A stretch of 54,264 nt of DNA from Albugo candida (lineage: Eukaryota), in the NCBI GenBank assembly GCA_040437565.1, contig JBDOQK010000025.1, positions 372,001 through 426,264 on the forward strand. Direction: 5' to 3'. Position numbers and translations under genes: made by a program. Below are positions 32,001-45,137 of the stretch, one piece after another; positions within the stretch are counted from its first letter, which is position 1, and every line of letters starts with the position of its first letter. Under the pieces are notes generated by a model. That model searched no databases, had not been told where the DNA came from, and saw only the letters and a list, made by a program, of their open reading frames with translations.

Positions 32001-33446
32001 TAGAGTGATATATGGCCAATCATATAGATAGAAATGAAGTGGTAACTAGTAACAACCAATAGATGAAAGGGAGGACTATTTTGTATACTGCCGTAGCTAT
32101 ACACTTTGACCTCGTTATCGCTTTTTGTGGAGGATACGGTCGAATACTGATATAAATCGAAAAGAATACGTGCTATGTCGGTCGTAAACACATATTACTG
32201 TATCGCCTCGAAAGTATACACGTCAGGAGACTATCAGTCGTACTGCAATCCAATACGAAAGTCACTGACGTCTCCTTCTTATTCGATTGTTAAAAGGATT
32301 GTCAGTTGAAGTCTCGGGTGTTGGTGCAGCAGTTATATATGTGGAACTTGGGGGTATCAAATTTAGGGCTTAGTATCAAATATTGCCAGCAAAAACCAAC
32401 ATGATTTTCTACTATTGTAAGGTTAGTATGGGTGCCGAAAGAGTGTGATACATTTCTTGCCAATGTAAAATCTCAAAAAACTTTTGCTCTCATACGTGAA
32501 TGCAACTTTATACTCTGAACCCACGAGACAGTGCCACGTCGGTCCATACTTTTCCTCCATCCAGACCTAAAAAGCTCCATCAATCAAAGGCGTCTTATAT
32601 GGTATTGTAGCCGTATACTTTGATGTGACGCGCAACCTCCCGTTCCAGGCTGTATTGCTCAAGCGCAAACGTTGCTTGCGTGAAAGCGTCTTCCTGATAG
32701 TCCTTTAGCTCATTATAATAGTAGAACTCTACTCAACTCACCTTTAACTGGCCATGTTCGTCCACTGTGTGCAACAGCATTAGGAATTCTGAAAACTAGC
32801 ATGAAAAGCAAGTGCATACCATCAGTATCCAGCTGTTTTACGTATTCATGTGCGTCCATTCTTTCTATTTTTTCTTGGAGTATAGTGCCTTTTCGACTTG
32901 TATGCGTCCATTACGGAAGATAGAGGATTGTCAAATCTGCTTTGTATGAGCATTTCAAATTGAATACTCTAAGGATGTATCTGATAGGTCCCTCCTTAAA
33001 CTTGTCAGCCATACTCTTGTATCACATATCGATCTGCTGCACGAATCAATAGCCCAAAAATGGTCGAGTTTCAGTCTTAAGGTTTCCTCACTAAATGTGT
33101 CGTAGCATGTTCCCGTCCTTATGACCTTATTAAAGATTATAAAAAAATCAATGTGTCAAATGTCGAGTAGAATTCTGAAAGAAGGCACTGCCTTCGTGAA
33201 AAGCGAGAGCATCTATGCCAGTGACTTCGCCCGTCGAGCTCTCATGGACTTGACCTAATTATGGCAACGCTCGCTGTATATCGTGGCAGCGCTTTATCCT
33301 TGCAATTTTGACAAGACATCCTATTGAAAAATGTTTCACAGCACATACTGATAGGCTCCAGTTGTGCAAGTCTATTACTCGAATCTAGCAAGCACACACT
33401 GAAGGAGCAAAGTCGTTATATTCGCTTACTTATCGTGAGGTTCGAA

Positions 33447-34301
33447 ATGGCGCTTAAAAACTTCGAGCTGACGTGGGTCGTTTATGATGATAGCGATCCA
33501 TATGGGTTCTGCCTTGCGCTATTCACACTTACACCGATGTACGTCATGCACAATTCTCATCGTATGCAAAGCTATCCATTCTCTTCATAGATTTGTCATG
33601 GTCATGTACGGTACTGTGCTCGCGTTTCAACGCGACTTGGACACGCTTTTCATGGTCACAGGACAGGTGTAGTTTTCTCCCATTATGGATCTTCACCTCA
33701 CCCTCGGTGATACATAGTTAATGAATGAGGCACTGAACAAATGTCTCAAGCATCTGATTCGTCACAGGCGTCCACTGGGTGCCTCAATCGACGGACATGG
33801 GATGCCATCAGCACATGCTCAATTCATGACTTTTTTTTCAACTTTTGTCATTCTATACACCTGGCGACGGTAAGCGTCCTTCACTGATTTTATCAAGTTG
33901 TTGATTAATATTGTGTGTGGATGCTGTTTGTCGAAGATTGAATACTCATCGTAGACTGGAGCAGTATATTACAATCCTGGCTGCTTTCATTCTCAGCTGT
34001 ATTGTATGTATATCACGTATTCGTCTTCGATATCACACTCCGATGCAAGTTTATGCCGGAGTTGTTATCGGCATCTTTTTTGGCACGTTCTGGTTCTTCC
34101 TGTCCACACAAGTACGCCCACCAAAATTCCGCACTTTTAGAATCCGTCAGAACCACAATTTGCTTACAGATATCTCGTTCTTACTTTTACACAATGGCAA
34201 ATGTGAGAGCAATGCGATTCTTTCGATTTCGCGACATCTCGCACATTCCCGATTTGATTGTCTATCAGCATGAAGTATGTTTACAAGACAAGTTGGAATG
34301 A
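33447..34301 (+). CDS. DOLPP1: Dolichyldiphosphatase 1 (PAP2 superfamily), multi-exon
   Basis: Spliced product MALKNFELTWVVYD...; PAP2 motifs KHLIRHRRP, GMPSAHAQF and SRIRLRYHTPMQV. Confidence 0.88.
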
Positions 34302-34413
34302 TAGATCCACAAGCAGCTAATGTGCGCATCATAGAGCTTACAGTCTCATATTACTTAAAATTGATAAATATGGAGAACCCTACAGAACGATGATTGGGTC
34401 CCTTTGTACCAGT

Positions 34414-35570
34414 TTACACTGGTGGCTCTATATACGCAACACTGGACCTTTTGAAATTCTCAGCCCAAAGCTTCTCGAACAGTTCACGCTCGTGCTTTGG
34501 CTGTTGTGGCCGTAACTCTTTCGGTAACTGAGCTGAAGGTCGAAGGTCCGCTTGTGTCGGTCGAGTGTTTAATTTACCCATGTACCCACCGAGGAATCGG
34601 ATGAGCATACTTGGCTCGTGCAATTCGTACATCAATTCTCGCACAAAATTCTCCAGTCCTATACACTTTTGGTGCAGATAAGAAGTTTCCAATCGATTAA
34701 ACCAGCGTGTTTCAATACTTTTCCATGCTTTTAAAGAGCGCTGATACCGTTGGCCTTGAAGTACTTTGACTAGCTCGCTAAACTCGGAATAGCGACGCCA
34801 ATTTGCATAGTGCTCATTATCAAGTCGTAATGTGATCAAATATTGTGCATGTCGGTCGTTTCCATGTCTTGGTTGAACGATTCGAAATCTTGGAATGGAT
34901 ATGCTGGAGGGAATAATCTTGGTAACTCCATTACTAACAATTGTGAATGATTTGTGCGTGACCGTGACGCCAGTATCAATATGTTCGTCCCCTAGTACGA
35001 GTAGAGAGGTATCGCTGGGTACAAAACCAGTCTCATTCCTTTTCTTGCGCGCAGAGCTCACCACGTTATTTCCCGCCCAACTCTCGCTACTGCTATCGAT
35101 ATCGGTAAACCATCCCCAATCAGCGCTTACTTCTTTGCTGTATCTCCGGTGGTGCAGCGGGGCTAACATCACAAGAAATCAGAGGTCGGATCATTTCAAA
35201 TAGACGTTCACTACTCACGTTCATACGATTCAACGAAACTCTGATCCACATTTTGGAACCAATTGGGCTCAAAATTAGCAGAATAGGTGGCAATTATGTC
35301 AAGAAACGATTGTCCTGAATATTCTGCATTTGATTTCACGCCAAAAGAGAACGAAGTCGACGTGTTTGCTTTTTTACTCTCTTCGCGTACACTATCGCTG
35401 ACAGCAAATGAAGCCCATCGCGATGCTCGCACGCATTTTGCTGGGCTAGACGAGCGGGAAATTTTATCCGCCTGAGATGCACGGATTTGCATACTTTCTT
35501 TAGACTCTGGCGGTTGGCCTAGAGGTACATAACTGTCATGGCTCGCTCCTATACAATGTTGCTGTACCAT
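34414..35570 (-). CDS. PX (phox homology) domain protein, 2 exons
   Basis: ATG at 35570. An intron (GTGAGT...GTTAG, about 35163-35218) joins in frame to the 34414-35172 ORF. PX motifs HAQYLI...WRRYSEFSEL...LENFVRELM. Confidence 0.75.
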
Positions 35571-36169
35571 GTCTCGTTTTTCTTGCTTCTTTTCGACTAC
35601 AAACACCGCTGCGAAACTAGAAAACGGGCGGATTTGAAGTAATAACGAATGTAGCACGCTGATGTGTGCGCTTTAGTATCGAGCAGTAACGGCGTGTCAC
35701 ATGAATCATCTCAGTATTCAGTGTCAAGTAAGCATTGCGAGCACGTGTACGTTTGTGTCAACCCTAAGCCAAGCAAAAGCGTTGCGTACACGATAAAAAG
35801 GAATTCATCCGGCTTCGATTCGACAACATGCGCGCTATGACGTAGGGGTCCTTTTCTCCTGCGCCAATAATATATCATTCTATAATGATGTGCACTCACG
35901 CAAGCGCTTGTATCTCGTCTATATGAAACCGGCTCTGGGTACCCTACCAACACGCACACATGAATGATTGCATATGTTCATCCTCGCCTACATTTGTGAC
36001 GAACACCACACACGTGGAGATACATGATTTTGTAATTTCAGTCAAAGAACGTGGCAGAGAAGCTGAGAACATTTGATTGGCGGCAGAAAGAACCAGTAAT
36101 TTTCACAACATTCCAACGGTCACGCAAATAGCAACGTGATTGATATCACCAAAGGCGACTGTGTGGAAT

Positions 36170-36859
36170 ATGTTTTTGATACTCATTTTGACTTGTTTTA
36201 CGTACATTGTCGCTGAAAAGTCAGATTGCCAGATTTGTCGCGATGATGGGAATTGTAGCAAGGCGTACCAGGGAAATCCCGGAAAGTATTGTGGAGCTTG
36301 GCTAGATAGAGCGAGTCAACGACAAGCTTGCTGCTGTCCCACTGAGGCTCGATGCAATTTGTCGAATACTGCTTGTTATTGTCAGAATTCGCCTCAAAAA
36401 ATGCAGCAAAAAGCGAATTCTCCAAGCAGATTGATTTACATTGTGATGGGCGTGTTGGTTGTTGTATTGTTACTTGGAGCGGCGCTTTTCGTTTTTAAAC
36501 GATTTTCCAAACGTTCTTCGAAATTACATGAGCCAAATAACGCACCAGTCTACGGTCAACCTGTTGCAGGAAGCGTGCCGTATGCTCCGGGTTACGCGCC
36601 TAATTACGGTCCAGCTTATGGAGGTGGTTATGGTCAGGGCTATCCGAATGGCGCTCAACGAAGTGGTATGTCTACTGGTGCTGCTGTGGCGGCAGGAGCA
36701 CTTGGTGGTCTTGCGGGTGGTATGCTTCTTCATCAAGCATTCGACGGTGGTGATCATAATAATCACGGAGGTGATTATGGCGGTGATTATGGTGGTAACT
36801 ATGGGGGTGATGGCTATGGAGGTGGTAACGATAATGGGAATTTCGCCGGTGATTTTTGA
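36170..36859 (+). CDS. Single-pass membrane protein with 10-Cys ectodomain and Pro/Tyr/Gly-rich cytoplasmic tail
   Basis: Signal peptide MFLILILTCFTYIVA; CQIC..C..C..CCC..C..CYC; TM LIYIVMGVLVVVLLLGAALFVF; PVYGQP/PYAPGY and GGDY repeats; ends FAGDF. Confidence 0.8.
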   Translation: MFLILILTCFTYIVAEKSDCQICRDDGNCSKAYQGNPGKYCGAWLDRASQRQACCCPTEARCNLSNTACYCQNSPQKMQQKANSPSRLIYIVMGVLVVVLLLGAALFVFKRFSKRSSKLHEPNNAPVYGQPVAGSVPYAPGYAPNYGPAYGGGYGQGYPNGAQRSGMSTGAAVAAGALGGLAGGMLLHQAFDGGDHNNHGGDYGGDYGGNYGGDGYGGGNDNGNFAGDF

Positions 36860-37042
36860 TAGTGGCATTCAAGTTCTAAGAAAGTTAGTTTATTTCCCCT
36901 TCTTTGTAGCCTGAGAATGCAATAGTTTTCGTTCTTTTACATTGAGTTATTTTCGGACGACTGCTCTGTAAATACGCTATCGGGCACAGTTCGACGTCTA
37001 ACTGACAATTGACACTGCGAGCGTCACGTCGCTATAGGAGAC

Positions 37043-38601
37043 ATGGATCCATTGATAGGTAGTGGCTCATGATAAAGTCCTTTACAAATCGATCGAGTGA
37101 AAAGACCAATCCTAGACTGCCTGGAAACAAAGCAAGCAATCATTGAGTCAACTGAAGAAGGAATTCACAGGCTGAATCAATAGTATATATATGTCTTCAT
37201 ATGGGTGCCCAACCTCATCGTTCCAAGTACATTTCAGGAGGAACTTGGTCGTGGCTCGTACTCCGTTGCAAGAAAAGCAGTGTCAAATGATTCGGGAGAG
37301 GTCGTAGCTATCAAAGTGGTCGATAAGACTGTGGGTGAGAAAGCGAGGTTTAGAGTATTAGACTTTCTCCATCTCTGTTGCATAGAAACTGAAGCGAGTT
37401 CGGATCGGAAGATTCGGAAATGCATTACAGGGACTGAAGAAAGAGATTGACATTTGGAAACGCCTGCATCATCCGCATATAATACAACTAAAGGAAGTGA
37501 TTGATGATGAATGTAAGCGCTATTTCAAAGTCAAATCAGTTTTCTCACAATTTATCGTGGAACATAGCTCTGAATCAGCTGTTTATGGTAAGCGAACTCG
37601 CAGATGGACCAGTGTTGACTGGAGAAAGGTTCTGGAGCCGATTTCACCTGAATGAGGTCAATTTGCTTACCGTGCTGTAGAGAATGTGTCCCGTTAGATC
37701 ACGCAATTGCAACTCGATATTTCTGTCATTTGGTACGTTGTGTGTTTCGTGCTTTCACACTTTAAATCGAACTGTGCGGTACCCGCAGATCAAAGGGATC
37801 GAGTGTCTGCATGAGAATAAGGTATCATAGCGCTTTTTTGCCGCATTGATTGTAAATGTGAAGAGTATCGTACGAAATCAGCTTCTCCATCGTGATATCA
37901 AACCCGGGAACCTTCTTTTAGTGACCAGAAATAATGAGACGGTTTTAAAGATCGCAGATTTCGGTGTCTCTCAAGTTGGTACTGCGCACTGAATTTACCT
38001 TAAATTATATCCGTAAGCATTTAGGAATTGAATGGCGACGAAATGCTGCGTCAAACAGTGGGAACTCCTTATTTTCATGGTATTACTTTGCATCATTTTC
38101 TGTCATTGTATCAGTTCAGACTGTATGTAGCACCCGAAATGCTCACAGGGGAGAGTTTTCTCGGGAAACCGACCGATGTTTGGGCCTGTGGAATCACTCT
38201 CTATATGTTTATCTATGGTCGTTCCCCATATCAAGCAGACAGAATCTCCGAACTGTACGATAAGATTCTGGTAAAAAGAGTATACAGTACACGCGTCTCA
38301 GACTATTTGACACGGTTTTGTGCCTAAGAACGAAGCGATTGAGTATCCTATATCTGTCAGTGGAGAAGCAGTCGACAATCGGCTCATTGACATGATGCAA
38401 AAGGTATGAAATGCGGCTTTTTCTACTTGAAAGCAACTACTAATGCATTCCCTTTAGATTCTTACTAAAGATCCAATAAAACGATACACCACACAACAAA
38501 TTCGTGTAAATCACATGCTGCGATACTGCTGATTGTCCTGTCTCATTGTCCCTCTACAGACGCATGAAAGCATTGAAAACAGCTTCAGCATCTTGGACTG
38601 A
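37043..38601 (+). CDS. Ser/Thr protein kinase, CAMKK-like, highly fragmented by short introns
   Basis: Exons encode RLNQY, ELGRGSYSVARKA, VAIKVV, KKEIDIWKRLHHPHIIQLKEVIDD, HRDIKPGNLL, KIADFGVS, VGTP..APE, DVWACGITLY and ILTKDPIKR. Start and some exon boundaries are approximate. Confidence 0.85.
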
Positions 38602-38781
38602 TGCGAATTTCTCACCATTTAGCTAGGAGCTAGTATTTAGTGTTTTACAGTAATACACCATGNNNNNNNNNNNNNNNNNNNNNNNNNNNNNNNNNNNNNN
38701 NNNNNNNNNNNNNNNNNNNNNNNNNNNNNNNNNNNNNNNNNNNNNNNNNNNNNNNNNNNNNNTGTTTTACAGTAATACACC

Positions 38782-39951
38782 ATGGGCATGAACTTTTGGC
38801 AATCCACGCATTAGTATGCTTTGTATGTAGCTCCTCGTGCACTCTTGGTGCTCAGTGCGTATTTGCTAGCATGTATTGGATGAAGTCGATCAGTGAGAAT
38901 GATCTGAAGAAGCACAATCTCTTCGATCGAAAGCATTTGACTGAAGAAGAGATCAATAGCATACATCTCTCCAATATATCTCGTACCGAATTGTATAGCT
39001 CTTCAACCAGCAAAGTGACTGATTGTTGTGGCTGCGCAGTGATGGAGAAAATGGGATTGATACTACGAATTCGGCAGATTGTTATCTACACAGCTGTGAT
39101 CTTTTACCGTCGATTTTACTTCTCGTACGTAAAGCATCACTATCCCTGCGACCTGAAATCATCTGACGACACCATAGACAGAGCTTTTACAACTTTGATC
39201 CTCATCTGATAGCGGGCACAACAATGTTTTTGGCTTCCAAAGTCGAAGAGAGTCAGATTTCGCTTCGGAATGTGGTTTTCGTTTTGTACCAATGTACAAC
39301 TGGTACAAAGTCATATCGGGTTCACAAAAAGTGCGTCTTCTGATCGGAGTTGGTGCAGGGGGAGTGGACGAAGATGAAGCACTGTACGAGTTTCAGGAAA
39401 AAGATGTGCTCGATTGTGAATTTTATGTTCTCCAAGCGCTTCAATATGATCTCATTTTGCATCATCCTTTTCAGCCACTTTTACAGTATGTTTGAGCTGT
39501 GAGAGAGACTTTTATGCTTCTTTCATTGTCGTGTCATTCCAGGTTCTTGGATGAATACGATTTGCACGAGGAATGCTTGGAGTTAGCATGGTACGCAAAC
39601 CCAAGTATTTCGTCATCATGCAATCTCATTTTATTCGCCAGGCAACTCGTTCAATACTCATTTCGAACCAAAATCATACTTCTTCATCCTCCATTTATGG
39701 TCGCTTATGCAGCAGCATACATTGCGTGCGTAAGAGCCGACTACGATGCAGACCAAATATTCTCAACCTTGAATATCAAGATAGATCGAATTCTCTCCAT
39801 CGTAAACGAGTTCAAGGACGCCATTGAAGAAGATAATCATTTGCATGTCATTCAGTCAGCTGCGTTGGAAAAATTGGAAGCGATTCTACCCGAGGTGGCA
39901 ATTGAATCACTGCCAAGCGGAACAAAAGACGACAAGTCCACTGGAAGCTGA
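38782..39951 (+). CDS. CCNC: Cyclin C (Mediator CDK8-module cyclin), multi-exon
   Basis: MGMNFWQSTHY start, RQIVIYTAVIFYRRFY, FLASKVEES, CEFYVLQALQYDLILHHPFQPL and LLHPPFMVAYAA. Confidence 0.88.
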
Positions 39952-40149
39952 TTACTACTCGATGCTCTAAAGGCTTTCAGCAGATGCACTCTATTGATAC
40001 AAACACTTTTACATGTGCTTTGCGTTGAAATCGCCACATTCCTCATCTACGACTTGGATTCGAATGTGCAGATCACTCGCAAAAACCTCAACAAAAGCAC
40101 TCGAAGCTGACTGATTACAGAGAGAAATCCTAATAATGATTTGGATCCG

Positions 40150-41214
40150 CTACATGCAGGCTTCAAGAAATGTTTTGAAATTTTTCATGCGGTCAAACCA
40201 ATCTGTCCACGCATCCATATCCTCATTTACATTGGGCTCCTCGAGATAGAGCACCGTTTTGGATTCAATCTCATCGTATACTTCCTTGAATCCCATAGAT
40301 AATAGAAAATGGTATCCGCCCTCAAACTTCCCAAAGTCTTCCTGAAAGTAAGGGTTTTCTTTGTCGATCTTGCGGTAAAGTTCCTTCTCAGGCTCCGCGC
40401 ATATGTTAGTTATAATCTTGTGGATCTTTTCAAGTTTCGATCGATAGAGAGCCTATAGAGTTTCCTTAGTATTGGTATTAGCAATTAAAGAGTGACGTAC
40501 GTTGTCGTTGACGTTCCGCTCTAATGTCTGAAGCGCCTGACCCAATCCTTCTTTACCCAGTACCACTGCCTCTTTCTCGGCTTTCAGCTTTTGAAGCTCT
40601 TCTTCTCTTCGAAGTGTACTTTCCTCGAGTTTCTTCGCTTTCAGTTCGCGTATCGCTTGAGCCTTTCTCGCCAATATTTGTCGTTCGATTTCGCGTCTTT
40701 CAATCATCTGCCTCATATGCTCTTCTTCGTCCTCTTGTCCCAATTGCAGTGTTTCGTGTTTCCGTCGAGCTTCCTCCTCTTTCCTCAATCGGTTTTCTTT
40801 CTCTTCTTCTTCCAATTTGCACATTTTCTCTTCTCTGAGCATCAAAGCCATACTTCTAATATCACGTAATACGTCGGACGTCTCCAAATGGATCTTCCAG
40901 CTACCGAATCTTTCGATCAGAGAGTTGACTTTTTCACGCATTTTTGGTCCATAACGTGGAGCTTTTGTCACGGGATCCACCATGTGTGTGCGCGCTTTCA
41001 GTCGTGACACTAAGCTGCTGAGCTTCTTATTGCATTCGATACACATTTCTTCTACAGCTTTGTCGGATACTTCAATGAACGCCACCATATCATCGTTTTC
41101 CAAAAGAGTAGAGCGGTTTTCGGGCAATGATAAAGTCGTATACCTTTTGAATATATCTGTGAGCTGATTCTCAGCTGCTTGGATTGCTGTGAGCACGATT
41201 TGGTACTCACTCAT
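40150..41214 (-). CDS. PUB domain protein with central coiled coil (2 exons)
   Basis: ATG at 41214; E/K/R-rich coiled coil; last exon KIITNICAEPEKELYRKIDKENPYFQEDFGKFEGGYHFLLSMGF is PUB-like; stop at 40150-40152. Confidence 0.75.
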
Positions 41215-41430
41215 TTCTAAAGGCAAGTGTGGTCCACAGTTTGCAACGATCCGATTCGATTTGCTTTGATGTCGGACTAAGCTCCTATCGATGTGCAAAG
41301 CCGCTACTCTGTGATAAGCTCGAATGTTGGAGCTATAAGTGAATATTCAGGCGTCTCTCATAGCGCTTAGTACATTTTGCAATTTGGGCGACATATAAGA
41401 CAAGCTTCTTGTTGAGTAAATTATGGACTT

Positions 41431-42127
41431 CTAACATTCCGCGCGGTCGTTTGTCATCTGACGTGCCGGCTTAGCCTGATGGAATAAGCAAGTTGTGATC
41501 AATATTACTGTTTTAGTCTTGTGTCGCAGATAATGCGAAGGGAATCCCGCGCACGATTCACCCAGATCTCTAACGATTGTCAGCCATTAAGGGCAGTATT
41601 GATTGTAATCTTTAAATCTACTGACCAGCTTCTTCAGCAACCTGAAGCAACGTCTGGGCTTCTTCCTCGCCCTTAATCTGCAATAAACGCATTTCCTCAA
41701 GCTGATCTCTAATACAAAGAAATAATTGGAGTAAATATAACAATGCATGCGTGCTGCAACTGACATTTCCGTTCTTTCTAAACCGGGTAGCTGATCAATC
41801 AAGCAATCTGTCCGCTTGTAAGCGTCAATTACATCTTGGGCCAATTGTTTGATCTACACACATTCGATTGTTTATTCCACTTGTACTTTAGTAAAGCCTT
41901 CTTACTGCATTTGCACATGTTTCGTCTGATGCTGGATCGTCCTGCGTTCCTTTTGTTGGTAGTAGACGCAAAGCATTGAACATACTAAGAGCCATATTAT
42001 CAACACTGTCTTGTAGGGCTGTCACAGTGTCGGTACGATCGATTGTAGTTTCATTGTCCTCTTGAACAGGAAAGTCATTTCCTTCTGCTCTTGGTTCCTC
42101 CACTTCAATTTTTACGTTGTCCAGCAT
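41431..42127 (-). CDS. MED21: Mediator subunit 21 (Srb7), multi-exon
   Basis: DTVTALQDSVDNMALSMFNAL...LAQDVIDAYKRTDCLIDQLPGLERTE/EDQLEEMRLLQ matches the Med21 pattern (D.LTQLQD...LIDSLP...EEQ). 3' exon structure is tentative. Confidence 0.75.
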
Positions 42128-44425
42128 GCTGTCTGCTACCAATTCACCCTACTTTAAGGTACGAGACATGGCCATCTGGAAACCAGGACTTTGGACTCGT
42201 TCAGTAAATGTCAATGTCGCGACTTCAAAAGCGGGTTGCGTAGCAATCGGCACCTTTGAAATGAACACTGATCGTTATTACGTATACCAGTTGATTGAAC
42301 GTTGAAGCGTGCATGATAGAAGTAAGAAACTATTGAGCCTAATCTACCATTCGGAACTCTCTTTAGGATTGTATAGTGGAAGTTATCTTAGCTTGTGGTG
42401 TAGTCCGTCCAACTGCCAATGCAAGCATCATCAATACCTACATAACCCTCAAATCAATGATCAAGGTGGTCCTTCGTACAAGGACCTTAGCTTCTCTGAT
42501 TGCCCCTTACACGAACACATACATTGTACATTTGGAAGTCAGCGTTCGCGAGTACAATTCCATTGCGGAAATCCTAAGGCCAATTTCTACATATGCACTG
42601 TGAAAGAGTAAAGCCCCACGCATAAAAAAGACGGACTTGATCAAGGGGACCGCTCAGTGCAATTTTTTTCCAAAGGCGTGAAAGTCGATTGCAGAATCGC
42701 TTTTGATCGACTGAATCATCCGTTTGTATGGTCAATGAATTCGGTGTGTTTGATGGTAAGAGGCCTTCCAAAAGTGCCCGAATTGCAGAAGCCTCTATGC
42801 ACCACCATTTTACAGTTTTCCCTAGCACTCAGAGCCCGTTGGCTAAGACAACAAAAGAATCGACTACAGATTATAGCAACAAAACGCCTCATGGCCAAAG
42901 TCAAGTGTAATAGACATGATAAGAGCACAAATACTTATTCAGAGGTGGCCTGATTTATGACTGGTGCATTGGAAATGGAAATACAAAAGCAGCAGGGCGT
43001 GACAANNNNNNNNNNNNNNNNNNNNNNNNNNNNNNNNNNNNNNNNNNNNNNNNNNNNNNNNNNNNNNNNNNNNNNNNNNNNNNNNNNNNNNNNNNNNNNN
43101 NNNNNGTTTTCCCTAGCACTCAGAGCCCGTTGGCTAAGACAACAAAAGAATCGACTACAGATTATAGCAACAAAACGCCTCATGGCCAAAGTCAAGTGTA
43201 ATAGACATGATAAGAGCACAAATACTTATTCAGAGGTGGCCTGATTTATGACTGGTGCATTGGAAATGGAAATACAAAAGCAGCAGGGCGTGACAACCTA
43301 TATACGATGAATCCAGGGTATGCAAAATTCACATCCACACAATGCAGTAGCATTACGTTTGCGCTCTCGCTTTTCATACAATTCGATTGCATCTACGAGG
43401 AGCTTTGTGTTCACCTTATAATAAGTCGTGCAAGACGAAGTCTTCTTTCCCATCGTTTACGTCCATATAACATACTTCTTGTACTCACTGCATGCCCAAC
43501 AGACTCAATTACGTTTCTTTTGTCAACAGTACACTTTGTCGGCAAAATCTACAAATTTGAGCCGACGCTTACTTCAATTACTACAAGTATCTCTAATGTT
43601 TGTGGAGTTTTTGGGCTTGTTTGCTCTGTTAGGTTTTGGATTCACTTTGATGATCGTACGTTGAGGCTTAACGAATGCGTAAATACTGAGGGCCTTCTCT
43701 CGTTATGGAATAGTGAAGTCTGAGGTGATTGCATGCTTTCATGTGGTTTCATATTGAAATAGATCCTTGGAGCTGTAATTCNNNNNNNNNNNNNNNNNNN
43801 NNNNNNNNNNNNNNNNNNNNNNNNNNNNNNNNNNNNNNNNNNNNNNNNNNNNNNNNNNNNNNNNNNNNNNNNNNNNNNNNNAACATACTTCTTGTACTCA
43901 CTGCATGCCCAACAGACTCAATTACGTTTCTTTTGTCAACAGTACACTTTGTCGGCAAAATCTACAAATTTGAGCCGACGCTTACTTCAATTACTACAAG
44001 TATCTCTAATGTTTGTGGAGTTTTTGGGCTTGTTTGCTCTGTTAGGTTTTGGATTCACTTTGATGATCGTACGTTGAGGCTTAACGAATGCGTAAATACT
44101 GAGGGCCTTCTCTCGTTATGGAATAGTGAAGTCTGAGGTGATTGCATGCTTTCATGTGGTTTCATATTGAAATAGATCCTTGGAGCTGTAATTCGAATTT
44201 CCAGCGAGCTGTCTTTAGTAAGTGGCTTTTTCAACACAATGGATATGCACAGATGCGTACCAATTTGGAACGGAGCAAGGCACATGATGTAATACAGCCT
44301 CCGCTTTTGCAGATGTAAGGTACAATACGGTTAATAGTGGGAAAATGTATTTTCGGATACATTTGATAAACGCTACGTCGACATTGTCTAGAAACAGTAT
44401 ACGTTACCATCTATATCAGACAACT

Positions 44426-45137
44426 TCACTTTTTTCCTTTTTTCTTTCGAGATTTCGATCGATTAGCCTTCTTGCCGATTTGCGCATTGACCGATTCATG
44501 CTTGGGTTGAGAAATCTCGGTAGATTTAACCTCTGGCTCTCTGACATCTGAAGGATCAGCTGATTCTATCACGTCTTTATGAAAACTGTTTTCATCGAAG
44601 GCAACAGCCATCAGATTCTGTTTATCCGAAGAATCAAACACGGAGGTCCGATAATCATCTGATCTATCCATCTGTCGATCGTCTTCAGGAGGAGCCAAAA
44701 TCTCCTCCTTTGGCTGCTCAACCTTTGTCAATGAATCACTGTCAGGGCTGGAGGCTGATAAAGCTACCGATTCTGATTCATGTAAATGCTCTGATTGCCA
44801 AGGTATCTCCTCTTCAGGGTTTCCTGAGACATACTCATTGAGTGTGAAAACCGAAGAAGGATAGCGCTATACATACGCGAGTTTGCAATATCACTCATAG
44901 AGTCTTTGTTGGGCGGATACGAGTGCTCATTTCGGTTCTCCGGCTTACGCGATTTCATCTTCACTTCAACCGGCTTGAATTCATCGTGAAATGTGGCTTT
45001 TAGTCTGCAACTATACGATGAATACGGCAACAACGGAATACAAGAAAAACCCGCTCTCACGCGCTTGGTTGTGTTGATGTCGAGGAGGCTTTTGTATCGT
45101 ACAAGGGCTCGTCTTCGCGAGAAAAACACCAACCCAT
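44426..45137 (-). CDS. Hypothetical disordered protein with MGxCxS acylation motif and polybasic C-terminus (3 exons)
   Basis: ATG at 45137 (MGWCFSRED). Two GT-AG introns join it in frame to LKATFHDEF... and then to the 44426-44731 ORF; ends KKANRSKSRKKKGKK. Confidence 0.6.

Noticed and set aside
36227-36260. CQICRDDG after a signal peptide as a fourth CCG effector
   Set aside because: Spacing is CxxCxxxG, not CxxCxxxxxG; the protein has a TM helix and no module repeats.
42816-44191. Two apparent direct repeats with duplicated short ORFs
   Set aside because: Both pairs flank 100-N gaps (assembly overlaps); the ORFs have no recognisable motifs.
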